In this document: positions 26,861-41,276 of the stretch, piece after piece
How the letters are laid out: each line of letters opens with the position of its first letter
How positions within the stretch are numbered: the stretch's first letter is position 1
Assembly: GCA_964016885.1 (NCBI GenBank)
Contig: OZ024747.1
Location: 78,740,001-78,804,000 of the forward strand
Reading direction: 5' to 3'
From: Eledone cirrhosa
Taxonomy: Eukaryota
DNA length: 64,000 nt
Position numbers and translations under genes: made by a program
Notes under the pieces: model-generated
What the model saw: the letters and a program-made list of their open reading frames with translations, nothing else
Database searches by the model: none
What the model was told of the DNA's origin: nothing

Positions 26861-27125
26861 AACCAGTAAGACCCCGACAGCTGAGCTCAAGCCGTTTCGA
26901 CGGCTAATTCTGCCCCATCTATATATATATATATATATATAGATGGGGCAGGGTACATATTTACAAATATATATATATATATATATACACACACATATGT
27001 CTGTATATCCTGGGTTTAGTTGGGGGCACCACAGTAAGTAAGGTACTCAATACATAGCAGAGTATAAATTTTTAATATAGAAATGGCTTCTACAGGAATA
27101 GAACTGTTTCATTCGAAAGAAATCA

Positions 27126-27163
<38 letters not shown>

Positions 27164-28108
27164 GAAAGGTATATATATATATATGCATGCACACACACAC
27201 AAAGACACACACACACGCGTGTGTGTACAGATAAAATCTCATCAGCCTTCTATCTCTTTCTCTCGATGTATTTCTCTCTCTCTTCCCACTGTTTACCATC
27301 TAGCCCTCTCCTTCCTTTCTCTCCACCCCTTTGTCTAAATTCCTCTCTTTCCTCTTCTCCAGTCCTCTCCCTTCTCTCCCTACCTCCCACTCAAGACATG
27401 AACCCCAGCTAAATGGACACATTAAGAAAAGCAATGCCTATAAAAACCAACGAAACTGGAATTCAGCTGATGGTTCCCTGCCAAACAAATTAATTGCGGA
27501 GATCCTGAAGAGTTATGGCTTTTTAAGAACAATGACACAAATACAGAAAAATGGAATTCATCAAAACTGACCAAGGAAACAATGTTTCCAGTGGTCTTTC
27601 CATCGCTGATACTATCTGCCTATCACATCTCCTGGCAGAAGGAGCAATGTGAAATAAAGTGTTTTGATCAAAGACATAGTGTATTGCCTGGTATGGGACA
27701 CAGCCTCCCGATTGTGAATCCAATTCTCAAACCACTAAGACTTCACTTTAGAGAAAAAAGAATTAAATTATTCTTGCCTATGTCCTCATAAAGCCACCAC
27801 ATATGGAATTATTGAGTCATATCCTCAAGGAAGAGAAGACCAAAGAAAAATACTAGTCACAAAGAAACAATGGAACCCGAGAATGACGTGAGAGCTGCCA
27901 CGAGTGAGATCGCCTGCAATACAATGTCAATGGACAGGCCAAGAGGATAGAATGAAACACTAGAATATGGTAAAGGTAAAATAAGGAACCACCAAGTGGA
28001 GCCCAATAAGAAAGAGCCAAAGAAACAAGAAGGAAGTGACCAGTGAAGGATAGAAAGTGAGAAAGGAAGAATTAGCCCCAGTGGTTGACTGGTACATTTT
28101 TTATCAAC

Positions 28109-28160
<52 letters not shown>

Positions 28161-29569
28161 TATTTATAGAGAGAGAGAGATATACACACACACATATATA
28201 TATACATACATTTATATATATACATATACATACATACACATATATATACACATACATATATATATATATACATACATACATATACACACACACGTACACA
28301 CACAGACACATGTACACATATAAATCTATATTTATGTTTCTCAGAATGTGTGGTGAAATATTTTAGAGTGCTTCATGCCTCTGGGTTCAAATTTTGGCAG
28401 AATTATTTCAAACAGTTTATTTCAATGTTTAGAAGGGATATTTAATGAAATAAAATACCAGTTGTACACTGAGGTCATGTCTGAACTTAATAAAAAACAC
28501 AGCTCTGTGTGTGTGTGAGTTCGTGTGTATGTGTGTATACATATATATGTATATATAAATATATATATGTGTGTGTGTGTGCGAGTGTAGGAGGGAATAC
28601 AAGAATATTATTAATGTGCTGATAAGTATATGTTGTGACCATAATGGTTTACATAGTAACCATCTCCAAGTATACCTTGCCAATGACAAGCAGATTGAAA
28701 ACTATCATTGATTACACAAATCTTCTGATCTAATCTATGCCTCCCTTGATTAACTCTTTCCTTACTATATTTCTAATGAAATATACTGTATTTTAATTAA
28801 TTAATGAAGAAAGAATTTACAGAAATTAATTATTTCATTATTGAGATGGTATTTATAACACAACAAAAGGTTCAAATTATGTTGGAAGATATTAATTTAT
28901 ATTGGAATCCTTTTTATTTTGAAGAGGCAGTTTTGGGTGGTTTAATATGAAAAGGGTTTGGCCCCTAAGGTAGGAAACAAGCTTCATATAATTTGCTGGC
29001 ACTTTAAAAACACAACACACAATATAGCAGTTCTCATACAGAGTTACTTTTCTTTTCTTTCTTTCACATTTGTTTGTGTTTATGTGCATACATTGCATCT
29101 ATACACCACATTTAGATGTCATATTTTTAGCAGAACAAGTTAATTAGTGAACACACAGTCTCCCAATATAGAGTACTGACTAAGAAATCCCCCCAACCTA
29201 CCCTCCTATTTTTCAAACTCAAGTTTCATATGAGTAAACATGAGGTCAAATGAAACAATCTTTAACCCTGTTCTTCAATAGTAACATTACAAAATAAATG
29301 AGTCAGAGAGAAAAATAGACCCATTCATGATAATTTTATAAGATTCACATAAGATAAAGGGAAGGAAAATAATTAACAGTTTCGTTAACATGTTTCTAAT
29401 AAAAAGCCCTGACTATAGTGTTCAAATCATTTAGAAAATAATCAAGAATTTGGAAACATATAACAAGAAAAATGGCCTTTTAAATGTCTTGTGGACCCAG
29501 CCCCACAAAATTTCTGGACATGTGCCCATGTTATAAATAATTACTGCCATTAATCTTTATTATTATTAT

Positions 29570-29705
29570 TACGGCCCTTTATGGTCTGAGTTCAAACTCC
29601 GCCGAGGTTAACTTTGCCTTTCATCCTTACGGAGTCGATAAAATAAAGTACCAGTAATGCACTGGGTATTTGCTGGCCTTGTGCCAAAAGTAGAAACAAT
29701 TATTA
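29570..29705 (+). mobile_element. 5'-truncated young Nin/Deu-SINE
   Basis: B box, Nin core and tail essentially identical to the 10560 copy. Confidence 0.85.
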
Positions 29706-32700
29706 CTATTTTCTTTAATAAAGTTTAAGGTGGTACAAATGGAATAGTTTCTGGAACTGGGCTTCATGATGTGCAGTATCAAATTATATTCCGAAGTTAA
29801 ATTTCGCTTTTGACCCCTGCAGAGTTTATTAACCCTTTTTATAATTTTGATAATAATCAGGAATGTGCAGGGATTTAGTAATATAACCAACTTTCTTATT
29901 ATTAACAGGTGTTTGGAGCATAACTGAACAAATCATCTGACACACAATTATGATGAAAAGCTATAAACACTTTAAAAGAAACAGTTTCGTATAATAGAAG
30001 CAGGGGTGGTTTTGGGTGGTTTGATATCAAAAGGATTCATCATTCAGGCACTGATATTCTATTATGTAAAATTTATAACTTCCTTATATATAAAAATATA
30101 AATAAAGACCAGTGAAATTTCATAAAGTCTAATATAAACTTATAATACATTATCATATAAAATGCTTAGCTTAGGTAAACAAATAAAATAAATAATAACT
30201 TGAGGTATTTCAATATACTATAAACAATAAGATCTTTTAACATTTTCAAAGAAGACAGGCTTTGGTAAATAAGCCACAAAATGCAATTCATATATGATCC
30301 AGAGATCCTTTAACCTTTTTAATACTAAAACCACCTGGAACATCCTTTAATTCTATCATTAAAACTGTTTGCTTCAAAGTTTCTATATTTATCTAAAAAC
30401 CCTCCACTATATTTTTACGTAAAAACATTTATTAAGTTATGTTCCATATGCAAATTACTAAATCCCTTCAAATTCTTTATTATTTTCAAAATAATTTGAA
30501 AACCATAGGCAGTGTTTGTTTGTTTTTTGTTTTTTAGAAATATGGTAATGACAGGGTTATGTAGAAACTAAAATTTAAAGATACATGTTCTACTTTTACT
30601 TTTGATAATATATTTAAATATTCCTTGGATGTGCTGAAACCAGCACTGGTTTTATAATATAAATCAGTTTATTTTGAAATGCTAAAAACATTCCATCATA
30701 ATTTCATGTAAGAACATTTATTAAATAATGAAAAAGTTATTTTACTAAATCCTTCTAAAATCTTGATTACATAAAAAAAAGTTTTTTTTGGAAAATCATA
30801 AATGTGGATCTTAGAAATATGGGAATGAAAGGGTTAAATAGTTAATTTGTAGCCAGAAGCTTTTTGTAACTGTTAATCAATTCTGAATTGATAGCAACAG
30901 ATATACAATATGTTATAAACAAAAGAATTATTTACAAATCATGTATAAATCCAAGATTATATTACAATTGACACCATAGCTATTATCTTACACAGAGAAG
31001 CATCATGGCAACACATCATATTACAAGAAATGTTCATGTATAACTATCATATCTTAAATTTAATGATTACTTATGAAATCCAGTCAAACTGCAGTGGAAT
31101 ATGTTCAATAAAACATTGTAGATTAACAATTATTATACAGGGCTTCAGCTAAAACTGAAGATGCGTAGGTGAGAATATTTCACCATGTAATCAACATGTC
31201 AGAAGGAAAATTAAAAATCGCCTAAGATTCAGTCAAACCCACACATATATATGTACACACACACACTCACACATACATAAGCATATATATGTAAACAAAC
31301 ACACATATACACAGAAACACACATACAAACACACTGTAAAGTAATCGTATAGGTGTCACAACAAAAAGTATCAGTACAAGCCAAAATCAGTTCTGTATGT
31401 GCAAGACATGGTCATCTGATCTGGCCTGTCTCACAGCAGGACAACTCGTCTAACCCATGCTAGCATGGAAAAATGGACATTAAACGATGATGATAATGAT
31501 GATATACACATACACACACACACACTTATACAGGCATATATACATACACATGCATGTACATGAGATCCTGTGCCATTCAACCAAATGAACCACATACTTA
31601 TTAAATTAACATATTAGTAGTTGAGTATTCCATAGACATATCCTAAACATAATGCTGAAACTGAGTCAGCAAGACAATATGTGACAAGACTGAACATAGA
31701 ATGTCAGGCACAATGGGTTTCCACACAATTTCTCTTAATTCCCTCACAAGGCTGAAATTAACCAAAGACTACAGTAAAAGACTCTTGCCAAGATGTCATA
31801 CAGTGGAATAAAAGCTAGGACATGATAACTGAAAAGCAAATGTCTTAACCACTCGACCATGCCTGCAACTATAACCACAGCCCCTACTTGTTTTTAAATA
31901 AGGTAAATTGATCTTCAAATATTGGACTGCTGAGCTGCAGAACATAGTGTTCATGGTTGTCTAAGTGGTATCAATGTGAATTCTAAAATTATCACTTTTC
32001 AAGATGTCTGACTAACAATAACATATTCTTTCTCTCCTTTCTACCTTTTTTTCCTATTTTCTTTCTTTTCTTATTTTCATCTATCTTCCTATTTCTTCTT
32101 CTCTCTCCGAAACATCTCTTTACTCCCTCATTTTAACCTAGTGGTTTGACAGAAAGAGATTGATGAAGTAAGAACCAGACAAAAAATATGTACTGGGATC
32201 AATAGGATTAACTAAATCCCTTTATAGTGGTGGTGCCCAGCAGAGTTGTAATTTAATGACTGAAACTAGTAAAAGGAAGAAAAAAAGAATCATTCAATGG
32301 AATTCTCAAACAGATGTATCTTTGGTGAAGTGAAAACTCTGTGTTTTAATGCTGTTGGAGATAAATGGACTTTACAATGGATCAAGGATTAGAATAACTT
32401 GCTGAAGGTCGTATTGTTACTGAATGGAAAACATGTCATTGTTTGAACAATTAAAGTGAGAATGTCTCACACTACAGTCATTCACTGTTACAGAAATAAC
32501 AGCTAATAAATCTCAATGACAGAGTAAAATAGGTCTGTTCTTTATGACAGATCTATTTGTTCATAGAAAATTGTATGTAGCTCACTCCTCAACTTACAGT
32601 GCTAATGCTATACAATGTGAAAAGAAAATACAAGAAAGAAAAAAACATTGTGTACATTGAAGTTTTTCAGTGTTAAAACTTTTATATCATTCAAATACTT

Positions 32701-32759
32701 CAGTTCAGTGAGTGTGTGTGTCATCATCACCAACACTTTTTGATGTTTATTATTTTCCA

Positions 32760-32945
32760 GGCGGTGGATTGGAAGTATCAGTAGAGGGTCGGACGCCATG
32801 CTTTGACGTATAGAGTTACGGTCCTTGCCATTCTGAGTTCAAATCCCACCGAGGTTAACTTTGCCTTTCATCCTTACGGGGTCGATAAAATAAAGTACCA
32901 GTAATGCACTGGGTATTTGCTGGCCTTGTGCCAAAAGTAGAAACA
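32760..32945 (+). mobile_element. Full-length Nin/Deu-SINE with 11-bp TSD
   Basis: TSD attattttcca at 32749-32759 and 32946-32956; it interrupts an older (GAT)n-tailed element on the minus strand. Confidence 0.9.
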
Positions 32946-33111
32946 ATTATTTTCCATGCTTGATGGTTACTATTTCTAGATTCTCTTTCTAACACCACGT
33001 CACGGTGTGTATTGGGTGTGTTTTATCATGGCATCAGCACTAGCACTTTACAGAGTGAGTTGGGTGCATTTTATTGTAGCACTAGTACTACCACTTATTG
33101 ATATGTATATA

Positions 33112-33880
33112 CGGGGTAGTATCAAAAGGTTCCTGGACTAGTCTTTAAAAAAACTAATATATTTATCTAAGTTTTAACATCATCTTCAAAATAGTCACCT
33201 TGCACAGCAATACATCAGTCCCAGAGTTCCTGCCACTTTTGGAAGCCAACCTGGAAGTCATTTTCTGTAAGTGAGTTGAGGACCTTCTGCGATTCACTGT
33301 TGTTTTTGGTGAGAAACTCACAAGTGAGGAGAGCTCGGTGACAGGGTGCATTGTCATTGTGGCGAATCCAATTCTTTGCGCTCCCCAGATCCGGTCACTT
33401 TCGTGGAATGTCCTCCCTCATATGCCTCAAAACATTGCAGTAGAACTGCTGATAAATTTTATCCCTATTTCCAGGTGTGACACTGGTCGCAGGTCTTCCA
33501 GATTGCTTGTCATCTTCCAGGGATGTTCTTCCAATTTTAAAGAGCCTGTGCTACTTGAAACATTGCATATGACCCATGTTTCGTCGCCAAAAGCTTGCCG
33601 AAACATGCTCAATGACTCTGTAACAGACTTCCCAAGTTGAACGCAAAATTTCCCGATGGTTCTTTGTTCCAGTTTTCTATTCATGGCAATATTGCAGGCT
33701 ACAGCATATACATGTGACCACAAAAACACAAACTTCACAACTTGCGAAGTGAACACAACAATGTCACTTGGCACACTGGCGCATGAAGGTCACAGCTAGC
33801 TCTCACTGCGTGCACAACAGTGTGTTGCCATCTGCTGGCATGCTACAGAACAAGTCCAGAAACCTTTTGATATCACCTTG
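33112..33880 (-). mobile_element. Internally deleted mariner (Tc1/mariner) transposon, transposase pseudogene
   Basis: TA|cggggtagtatcaaaaggttcctggact ... agtccagaaaccttttgatatcaccttg|TA. The transposase N-terminus reads MNRKLEQRTIGKFCVQLGKSVTESLSMFRQAFGDET, followed by frameshifts. Confidence 0.9.
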
Positions 33881-34489
33881 TATATATATAAATTTTCCAA
33901 CATAATTTTATATTAAAAAAAAAACAAATTTTTATTAAGATATGTATCATCTTAATTAAAACATCAATATGATTAATTAATTGAAATACAGTGTATTTCA
34001 TTATATTTATAATCAGAAAAGGGTTAATGTTTGAGGATATACAGACATTCTAGCTACTTACTACTTGTTGAATGAAGTTAATTCTTCTTTGTTAATAATG
34101 TTTACAAATATCAAGCTCATGACAGCATGGAAAAATGGTAATGAAAACACTCATACACACATGTAATTAAAAGTCTACATATATGTCTGTATACATAGAA
34201 GGGAAATAGTGAGATGGGAAATAGACTTAGTGTAGAAGAGTTTTAAGTTATTTAATTGCGACTACAACAACTAATACTACAGTTTTAAGATATTGTGATG
34301 GTTGGGAAACATCCATTACTCTGCTCCTTTTAAATATCCAACACTCACCAAAAAAAAGATATCCTCCATAGGCTACATGTTGTATGGACCAAAGGGAAAC
34401 ATATGTAAAGCTCTAAAGCAGAGCAACATTTTACGATGAGACAATGTCAGCAAAGGCCTTCAATAGCTGGCATTATAAATCTAAGGGCT

Positions 34490-34675
34490 GTGAATAAATG
34501 CTAAGCAGTATTTGTTCTGAGTCTTTAGATTCCGAGTTCAAATCCCACCAAGGTCAATTATACCTTCCACTTTTTTGAGGTTGATAAAATAAAGTACCAG
34601 TCAAGCGCTGCATTGATATAATCAACTTCCCCTCCCCTCAAAATTGCTGGCTTTGTACCAAAATTAGAAACCATT
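34490..34675 (+). mobile_element. Older Nin/Deu-SINE copy
   Basis: gagttcaaatcccacc, ttgataaaataaagtaccag and the family tail. Confidence 0.7.
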
Positions 34676-34781
34676 ATACGTAGAGTGGTGTCTGCTAAGT
34701 ATGAACAGAAGTTCCAAAATTTTCTAACACAGACCCAAGTTTGGTATCAAAAGGTTTAAGTCTCTCAAAACTAATTGAAAG

Positions 34782-35345
34782 CTAAAGGTAGTTTAGGATA
34801 GACTAAAGGTGTTAAAAGGTAGTTTAGGATAGACTAAAGGTGTTAAAAGGTAGTTTAGGATAGACTAAAGATGTTAAAAGGTAGTTTAGGATAGACTAAA
34901 GATGTTAAAAGGTAGTTTAGGATAGACTAAAGATGTTAAAAGGTAGTTTAGGATAGACTAAAGATGTTAAAAGGTAGTTTAGGATAGACTAAAGATGTTA
35001 AAAGGTAGTTTAGGGTAGACTAAAGGTGTTAAAAGGTAGTTTAGGATAGACTAAAGATGTTAAAAGGTAGTTTAGGATAGACTAAAGATGTTAAAAGGTA
35101 GTTTAGGATAGACTAAAGATGTTAAAAGGTAGTTTAGGATAGACTAAAGATGTTAAAAGGTAGTTTAGGGTAGACTAAAGGTGTTAAAAGGTAGTTTAGG
35201 ATAGACTAAAGATGTTAAAAGGTAGTTTAGGATAGACTAAAGATGTTAAAAGGTAGTTTAGGATAGACTAAAGATGTTAAAAGGTAGTTTAGGATAGACT
35301 AAAGATGTTAAAAGGTAGTTTAGGGTAGACTAAAGGTGTTAAAAG
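34782..35345. repeat. 31-bp minisatellite, ~18 copies, with a 155-bp higher-order period
   Basis: Unit gactaaagatgttaaaaggtagtttaggata; the gggtag variant occurs at 35013, 35168 and 35323. Confidence 0.97.
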
Positions 35346-35514
35346 TTGGCACTACTGCATCACCTCAGAAAGGACAGAGTTATTTGTGATGACGATAAAA
35401 TCTTAAATAAAAGGACACAAAGGATAAAGAAAAAAATGATGATGAGAGTGCCTAACCTCTGCAGTAGCAGAAAAATGTATAATAAAATTGATGTTGTTGC
35501 AGCTGCTACCTCAA

Positions 35515-36150
35515 ATAATGATGATGATAATGATGATGGTGGTGGTGGTGGTGGTGGTGGTGATGATAATGGTGGTGGTGATGATGGTGATGATAATGAT
35601 GGTGGTGATGATAATGATGGTGGTGATGATAATGATGGTGGTGATGATGATGATGATGATGATGATATATTCATCATCATCATCATGGATAAAGATGATT
35701 GGTAGTGTTGATTCCTTCCTCTAGCTCATACCAGTAAGATTAAAAGGGTAGCTTGATGAAATGTTGTGTGCCATAAAGGATGAGATCATTGTCTATCTTG
35801 ACATATGAGTGGCTATAAATAAATATTGAGAGAGGGACAGAGAAGGGGAGGAGAGAGAGAGAGAGAGAAGAATTAAGTTGAATAACTAGAAAGAAAAGGA
35901 AAAACTAGTCTGAGATAGAAAGACATTTAGAGGGAAAATTAATCTCTTTTAGAAAGTAGAAGAAAAGAAAGAATGAGAGAGTGAGTGTGTGTGTGAGAGA
36001 GAGAGAGTGTGTGAGAGAGAGAGAGTGTGAGAGAGAGAGAGAGTGTGAGAGAGAGAGAGAGTGTGAGAGAGAGAGAGAGTGAGAGAAAGAGAGAGTGAGA
36101 GAAAGAGGGAGTGAGAGAAAGAGAGAGTGAGAGAGAAGGAGGAGAGCGAA
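35515..36150. repeat. (GAT/GGT)n and (GA)n simple repeats
   Basis: Read directly from the sequence. Confidence 0.9.
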
Positions 36151-37604
36151 AGGTAGAAAGAGTGAAAAATAAAAATAAAATAGCAGGGAAAGGTTACTAT
36201 AGTAAATAGGAAATTTAATGCATAACACAAACGATAGAATGTGTATGGAGGATCTCGATTTAGCCAGATGATTCTATTTCTGGTCAGATCGAAATAGACT
36301 GGTTACTGCACATGTTGGTTAAGAGCTGTGTGTGTGTGTGTATGTGTGTCTGTTTGAGTGTGTAGAAAATGGTGGAATGTAGCAGACTAAGAGGGAAGGA
36401 AACAGAGAAATGGAATAAACACTCACTCCCTCTCTCTCTCCCTGCTACAAACACACACTTACACATATACAGACACACTTACACATATACAGACACACAC
36501 ACACTTACACATACATATACACACACACACTCACAGCTATATACAAATATCCAGACACACATTCTTGTTGCTATACACACACAAATACAGATTCCACTTC
36601 ATACACATGCTTTCAAACACTCCATCATGCCCTGCAAAATAACAGCCTCCCACCAACACCACCACACACACATACACACACTTACCAGTGTTTAACTACA
36701 TACATCATGCACATTCAACAACCATCTACTACATTCACACAGAGAAGCAGACACACTACTGACATTTATATAATCTTCTCTCACTTATACAACACTCGCA
36801 CATATATTTATGTGTGTGTATATATGTGTATATAAATATAAATATATTATGTGTACACAACACACACATGTACATACACACATATGTACGTACACACACA
36901 CATATGTACGTACACACACACACACATATGTACATACACACACACACACAATGTACCAAAAGTAACTCCTTCAGAATATAGCAATGCTTGGGTTGCCACA
37001 AATAGAAACATTGAAAAAGAAATGAAGAATTATGTATAAATCAATAAAAGCAACCACCACAAGGATTTCCACAGAAAGGCTTCCATATGCCAGCCAAGCT
37101 TAGATTGTCTGACTTATTAAGAAGATATACTCGCAGAGGTATATAAAACTTATGAAAAGCAGCCTAAAGATAGACTTCCTGGATGAGACAAACAAAACAC
37201 TATGGCAAGCAGTATTAATTAGAAGTCGTTTGTTCTTTAGCTACTTTAGCTAAGCATATGTTTATTCATAGGTAAAAATAAAGATCATATAATCAACACA
37301 CAGACACAGACACACACACAGAGACACACACACACACACAGACACACATACTCAGACACACACACAGACACACATACTCAGACACACACATGCACACACA
37401 GACACACATTATTTTATGAACCTAAGGGTAGTCAAAAAGATCCCATTTGTAATATTTAATAACTGTAATAATCCTAACAGTCCAGAGAGAAATGGGCTCT
37501 GCCAGGCTGGTTTTGACCAAAATATGCTGCAAAGCAGCGCCCCATAACCCAAGAGGGCTGAGGAAAATTTGAAGTGATGTGAAGTGAATAATCTAATAAT
37601 GATG

Positions 37605-37880
37605 ATTTTCTACATAGGCACAGGGCCACAAATTTGGGAGAGGCACGGGGCTGCAAATTTGGGAGAGGCACAGGGCCACAAGTTTGGGAGAGGCACAGGG
37701 CCACAAGTTTGGGAGAGGTGCAGAAAGTTGACCAACTGAATCACAGACTTTAAACAAGTACTGTATTTTGTCGATTCCAGAGAGCTGAAAAACAAAGTCG
37801 ACCTCAGCAAGATTTGAACTTGGAAACTAAAAAGCTGGAAAAACTATAACAAGGCATTTTGTATAATACTCTAATAAACC
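37605..37880 (-). mobile_element. Old Nin-SINE with an internal 25-bp x4 tandem expansion
   Basis: aggcacagggccacaa(a/g)tttgggag x4 at 37616-37718 lies in the SINE tail; gatttgaact B box near 37815. Confidence 0.65.
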
Positions 37881-39069
37881 CACTAATATATCAACCTGAT
37901 TATAATAATAATGATTTCTAATAAAGATAGAAATTCAGATATTTAGGGGAGAAGTTAGTCAATTAGATGATTGGTACTTTATTTTATCAATCCCAGAAGG
38001 AAGAAAGATATGGCTGACCTTGGCAAAGGGAGGCAAACAAAGAACAGAAATGCAGAGAACCATATGTAATTACAATTTGATATGGCATGAAAAAAATATA
38101 AGATCAAACACAAACTTAAAATAGCTATAATTACTGGTGGTGGTGGTAGTGTTGGTGGTGGTGGTGGTGGTAGTGTTGGTGGTGGTGGTGATAGTGGTGG
38201 TGGTGGTGATAGTGGTGGTTGTGGTGGTGGTGGTGATGGTGGTTTGTATAGATGAGGTACAAAGTTGATTTTGTAGATGGAGAAAGTTTTATTGATTTAA
38301 TTAACCCAGTGTATTTCAAGCACTTATTAATTTATTTTTTTTACTTCCTAAAGAGAGGATGTCAGAATATGATGGGTCAGGCTTCTGCCTGATACTGGTA
38401 CCATATAACCCAATGCTCCATGGTCTGGTGAGGCGGAACCCCAGCTGCACAAGAAACAAAAGCTGTTAAAAAGGTCAGAAGAACTCCTCATCCACCCCAG
38501 CTGTGGGTTACATAGCTTCACTAACCCTGGCCAAGTATGGTAACTATGGCTACAATGCCAACATGACCAAAACCAAAGAGAAACCAATGGGGATCAACCA
38601 GGGAGGAGTTCCTCCAACAGAAGAAGGGATTGGACTAGAAAGAAAGGAAGTCAACTGTAGTGGAAATTGAAATTAAAAGAAAAGGAAAATATAAGTGAAA
38701 TATAAACTACTTAACTATTGTGTTGTTACTACTACTACTACTATCACCACCACTACTACCTACTTTTATATATATTTACTAGACCACCTGTGGCAGACCA
38801 GTCAAATCAGTGTAAAAAAGGAGATTTACTGCAGCTAAAGTGTAGTTGTTTATATCAGCAACATCAATAACATTGAAATATTAATATAAACAATTTCAAA
38901 ATTAAAACAAAACTATCAAAACAAACTGAAAGCAAGTTTTAAATAATGGGAATTCTATAAAATCTGACAGTCACAGTGGCAAACACTGTACAGGTACCAG
39001 AGATCAGGTACCTTGTGGTTGATAATCCCAACAGTCGCAAACACTGTACAGGTAGCTGGGATCAGGTAC

Positions 39070-40220
39070 CATAGTATTTCAGTGTGCCACTCTAAGTCTA
39101 CCATAGTATTTCAGTGTGCCACTCTATGTCTATCATAGTATTTCAGTGTGCCACTCTATGTCTATCATAGTATTTCAGTGTGCCACTCTAAGTCTACCAT
39201 AGTATTTCAGTGTGCCACTCTAAGTCTACCATAGTATTTCAGTGTGCCACTCTAAGTCTATCATAGTATTTCAGTGTGCCACTCTAAGTCTACCATAGTA
39301 TTTCAGTGTGCCACTCTAAGTCTATCATAGTATTTCAGTGTGCCACTCTATGTCTATCATAGTATTTCAGTGTGCCACTCTATGTCTATCATAGTATTTC
39401 AGTGTGCCACTCTATGTCTATCATAGTATTTCAGTGTGCCACTCTATGTCTATCATAGTATTTCAGTGTGCCACTCTATGTCTATCATAGTATTTCAGTG
39501 TGCCACTCTATGTCTATCATAGTATTTCAGTGTGCCACTCTATGTCTATCATAGTATTTCAGTGTGCCACTCTATGTCTATCATAGTATTTCAGTGTGCC
39601 ACTCTATGTCTATCATAGTATTTCAGTGTGCCACTCTATGTCTATCATAATATTTCAGTGTGGCACTCTATGTCTATCATAGTATTTCAGTGTGCCACTC
39701 TATGTCTATCATAGTATTTCAGTGTGCCACTATATGTCTATCATAGTATTTCAGTGTGCCACTCTATGTCTATCATAGTATTTCAGTGTGGCACTCTATG
39801 TCTATCATAGTATTTCAGTGTGGCACTCTATGTCTATCATAATATTTCAGTGTGCCACTCTATGTCTATCATAGTATTTCAGTGTGGCACTCTATGTCTA
39901 CCATAATATTTCAGTGTCCCACTCTATGTCTATCATAGTATTTCAGTGTCCCACTCTATGTCTATCATAGTATTTCAGTGTCCCACTCTATGTCTATCAT
40001 AGTATTTCAGTGTGCCACTCTATGTCTATCATAGTATTTCAGTGTGCCACTCTATGTCTATCATAGTATTTCAGTGTGCCACTCTATGTCTATCATAGTA
40101 TTTCAGTGTGCCACTCTATGTCTATCATAGTATTTCAGTGTGCCACTCTATGTCTATCATAGTATTTCAGTGTCCCACTCTATGTCTATCATAGTATTTC
40201 AGTGTGCCACTCTATGTCTA
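39070..40220. repeat. 32-bp minisatellite, ~36 copies
   Basis: Unit catagtatttcagtgtgccactctatgtctat, head-to-tail with no spacers. Confidence 0.98.
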
Positions 40221-41051
40221 TCATAGTATTTCAGTGTGCCTTAGAAGTCCATAGTAGTCCCATCTCCACTCCAAGTATCCAGACCCTCCTCACTAAGTTT
40301 AGCCCGCTAGCATAAGCAGTTACCAGGGTATGGCTGACAAATGTCCTGGAGTCAGAAATGAGAGTCAGGTGAGAACCAGAGTACCCATCCATCCTTAAAG
40401 ATGGTGTAGCTGGATATCAAGGTATTCTCTCTACCCAAATTCCCTGGTTTTGAAATAATATTTCTTTAAATATTTCTCTCTATTTTCAAAGAAACTTTAG
40501 ATAATGCGCTGTCCATTATTGAAATAACATTTCTTTAGATCATTTCACTCAATTTTCAAAAAGATAGTGGGCAATAGTATGACCAGTTTTGAAATAGTAA
40601 TTCTTTAAATTCTAGATAATGATATATCTTGCATTGATGCAGACATGGTTGGAGTAAAGAAAAAGAAAATATTTTCAGATTTTTAGATGTTACACAATAA
40701 CTGTAAGGTCACGTGAACATTTTGCCCATTGAACAAACAGAAATCCAGCTCTTGCTTCAACAAGACTATTTGTAGAAGCTAACACTAGTGAATATCAGAT
40801 GAGCTATTATCAGAACTAAAAGAATCATTCATTGGCAATGAATGGGTATGTAACTTCACAGCCATTCAAAACCATCAGCAAGGCACCAAAAACTTGCCAA
40901 CTGATCTGTGAAATGAGAAGCAGATGACAACATAATGAGCCTGCCCTTACTAATAACATCAGAAAGCAACCTGATTAATTGCTACAACAGTAACTCTCTA
41001 GTAACAGTAAAATAAATTTAATAATTCTAGAGGAAAAAAAAATCAGTGATA

Positions 41052-41276
41052 TTAACACTTTCATTGCAACATCTCTTAGTAAATACACTGTATTTGAATT
41101 ATTTAATGAAGTATTTGAAGGGATTTACTAAAATTATTAATTATTTCATTGCAATAGTATTTGAAACATAATAAAAGTTCAGAAGATTTTAATTCAAATA
41201 GGAATCCTTTAAAATAACTGGTTCTGTTTCATAGAACCAGGCACAGTTTGGGGCAGCTTAGTATCGAAAGGGTTAA
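41052..41276. mobile_element. TTAA-flanked MITE copy (another at 41715-41960)
   Basis: ttaacactttc...gaaagggttaa. Confidence 0.7.

Noticed and set aside
35346-35724. Asp/Gly-rich ORF
   Set aside because: (GAT/GGT)n trinucleotide repeat.
39070-40220. CRISPR array (32-bp repeat; also the 31-bp and 40-bp arrays)
   Set aside because: Head-to-tail units with no unique spacers, no cas genes, and a eukaryotic context.
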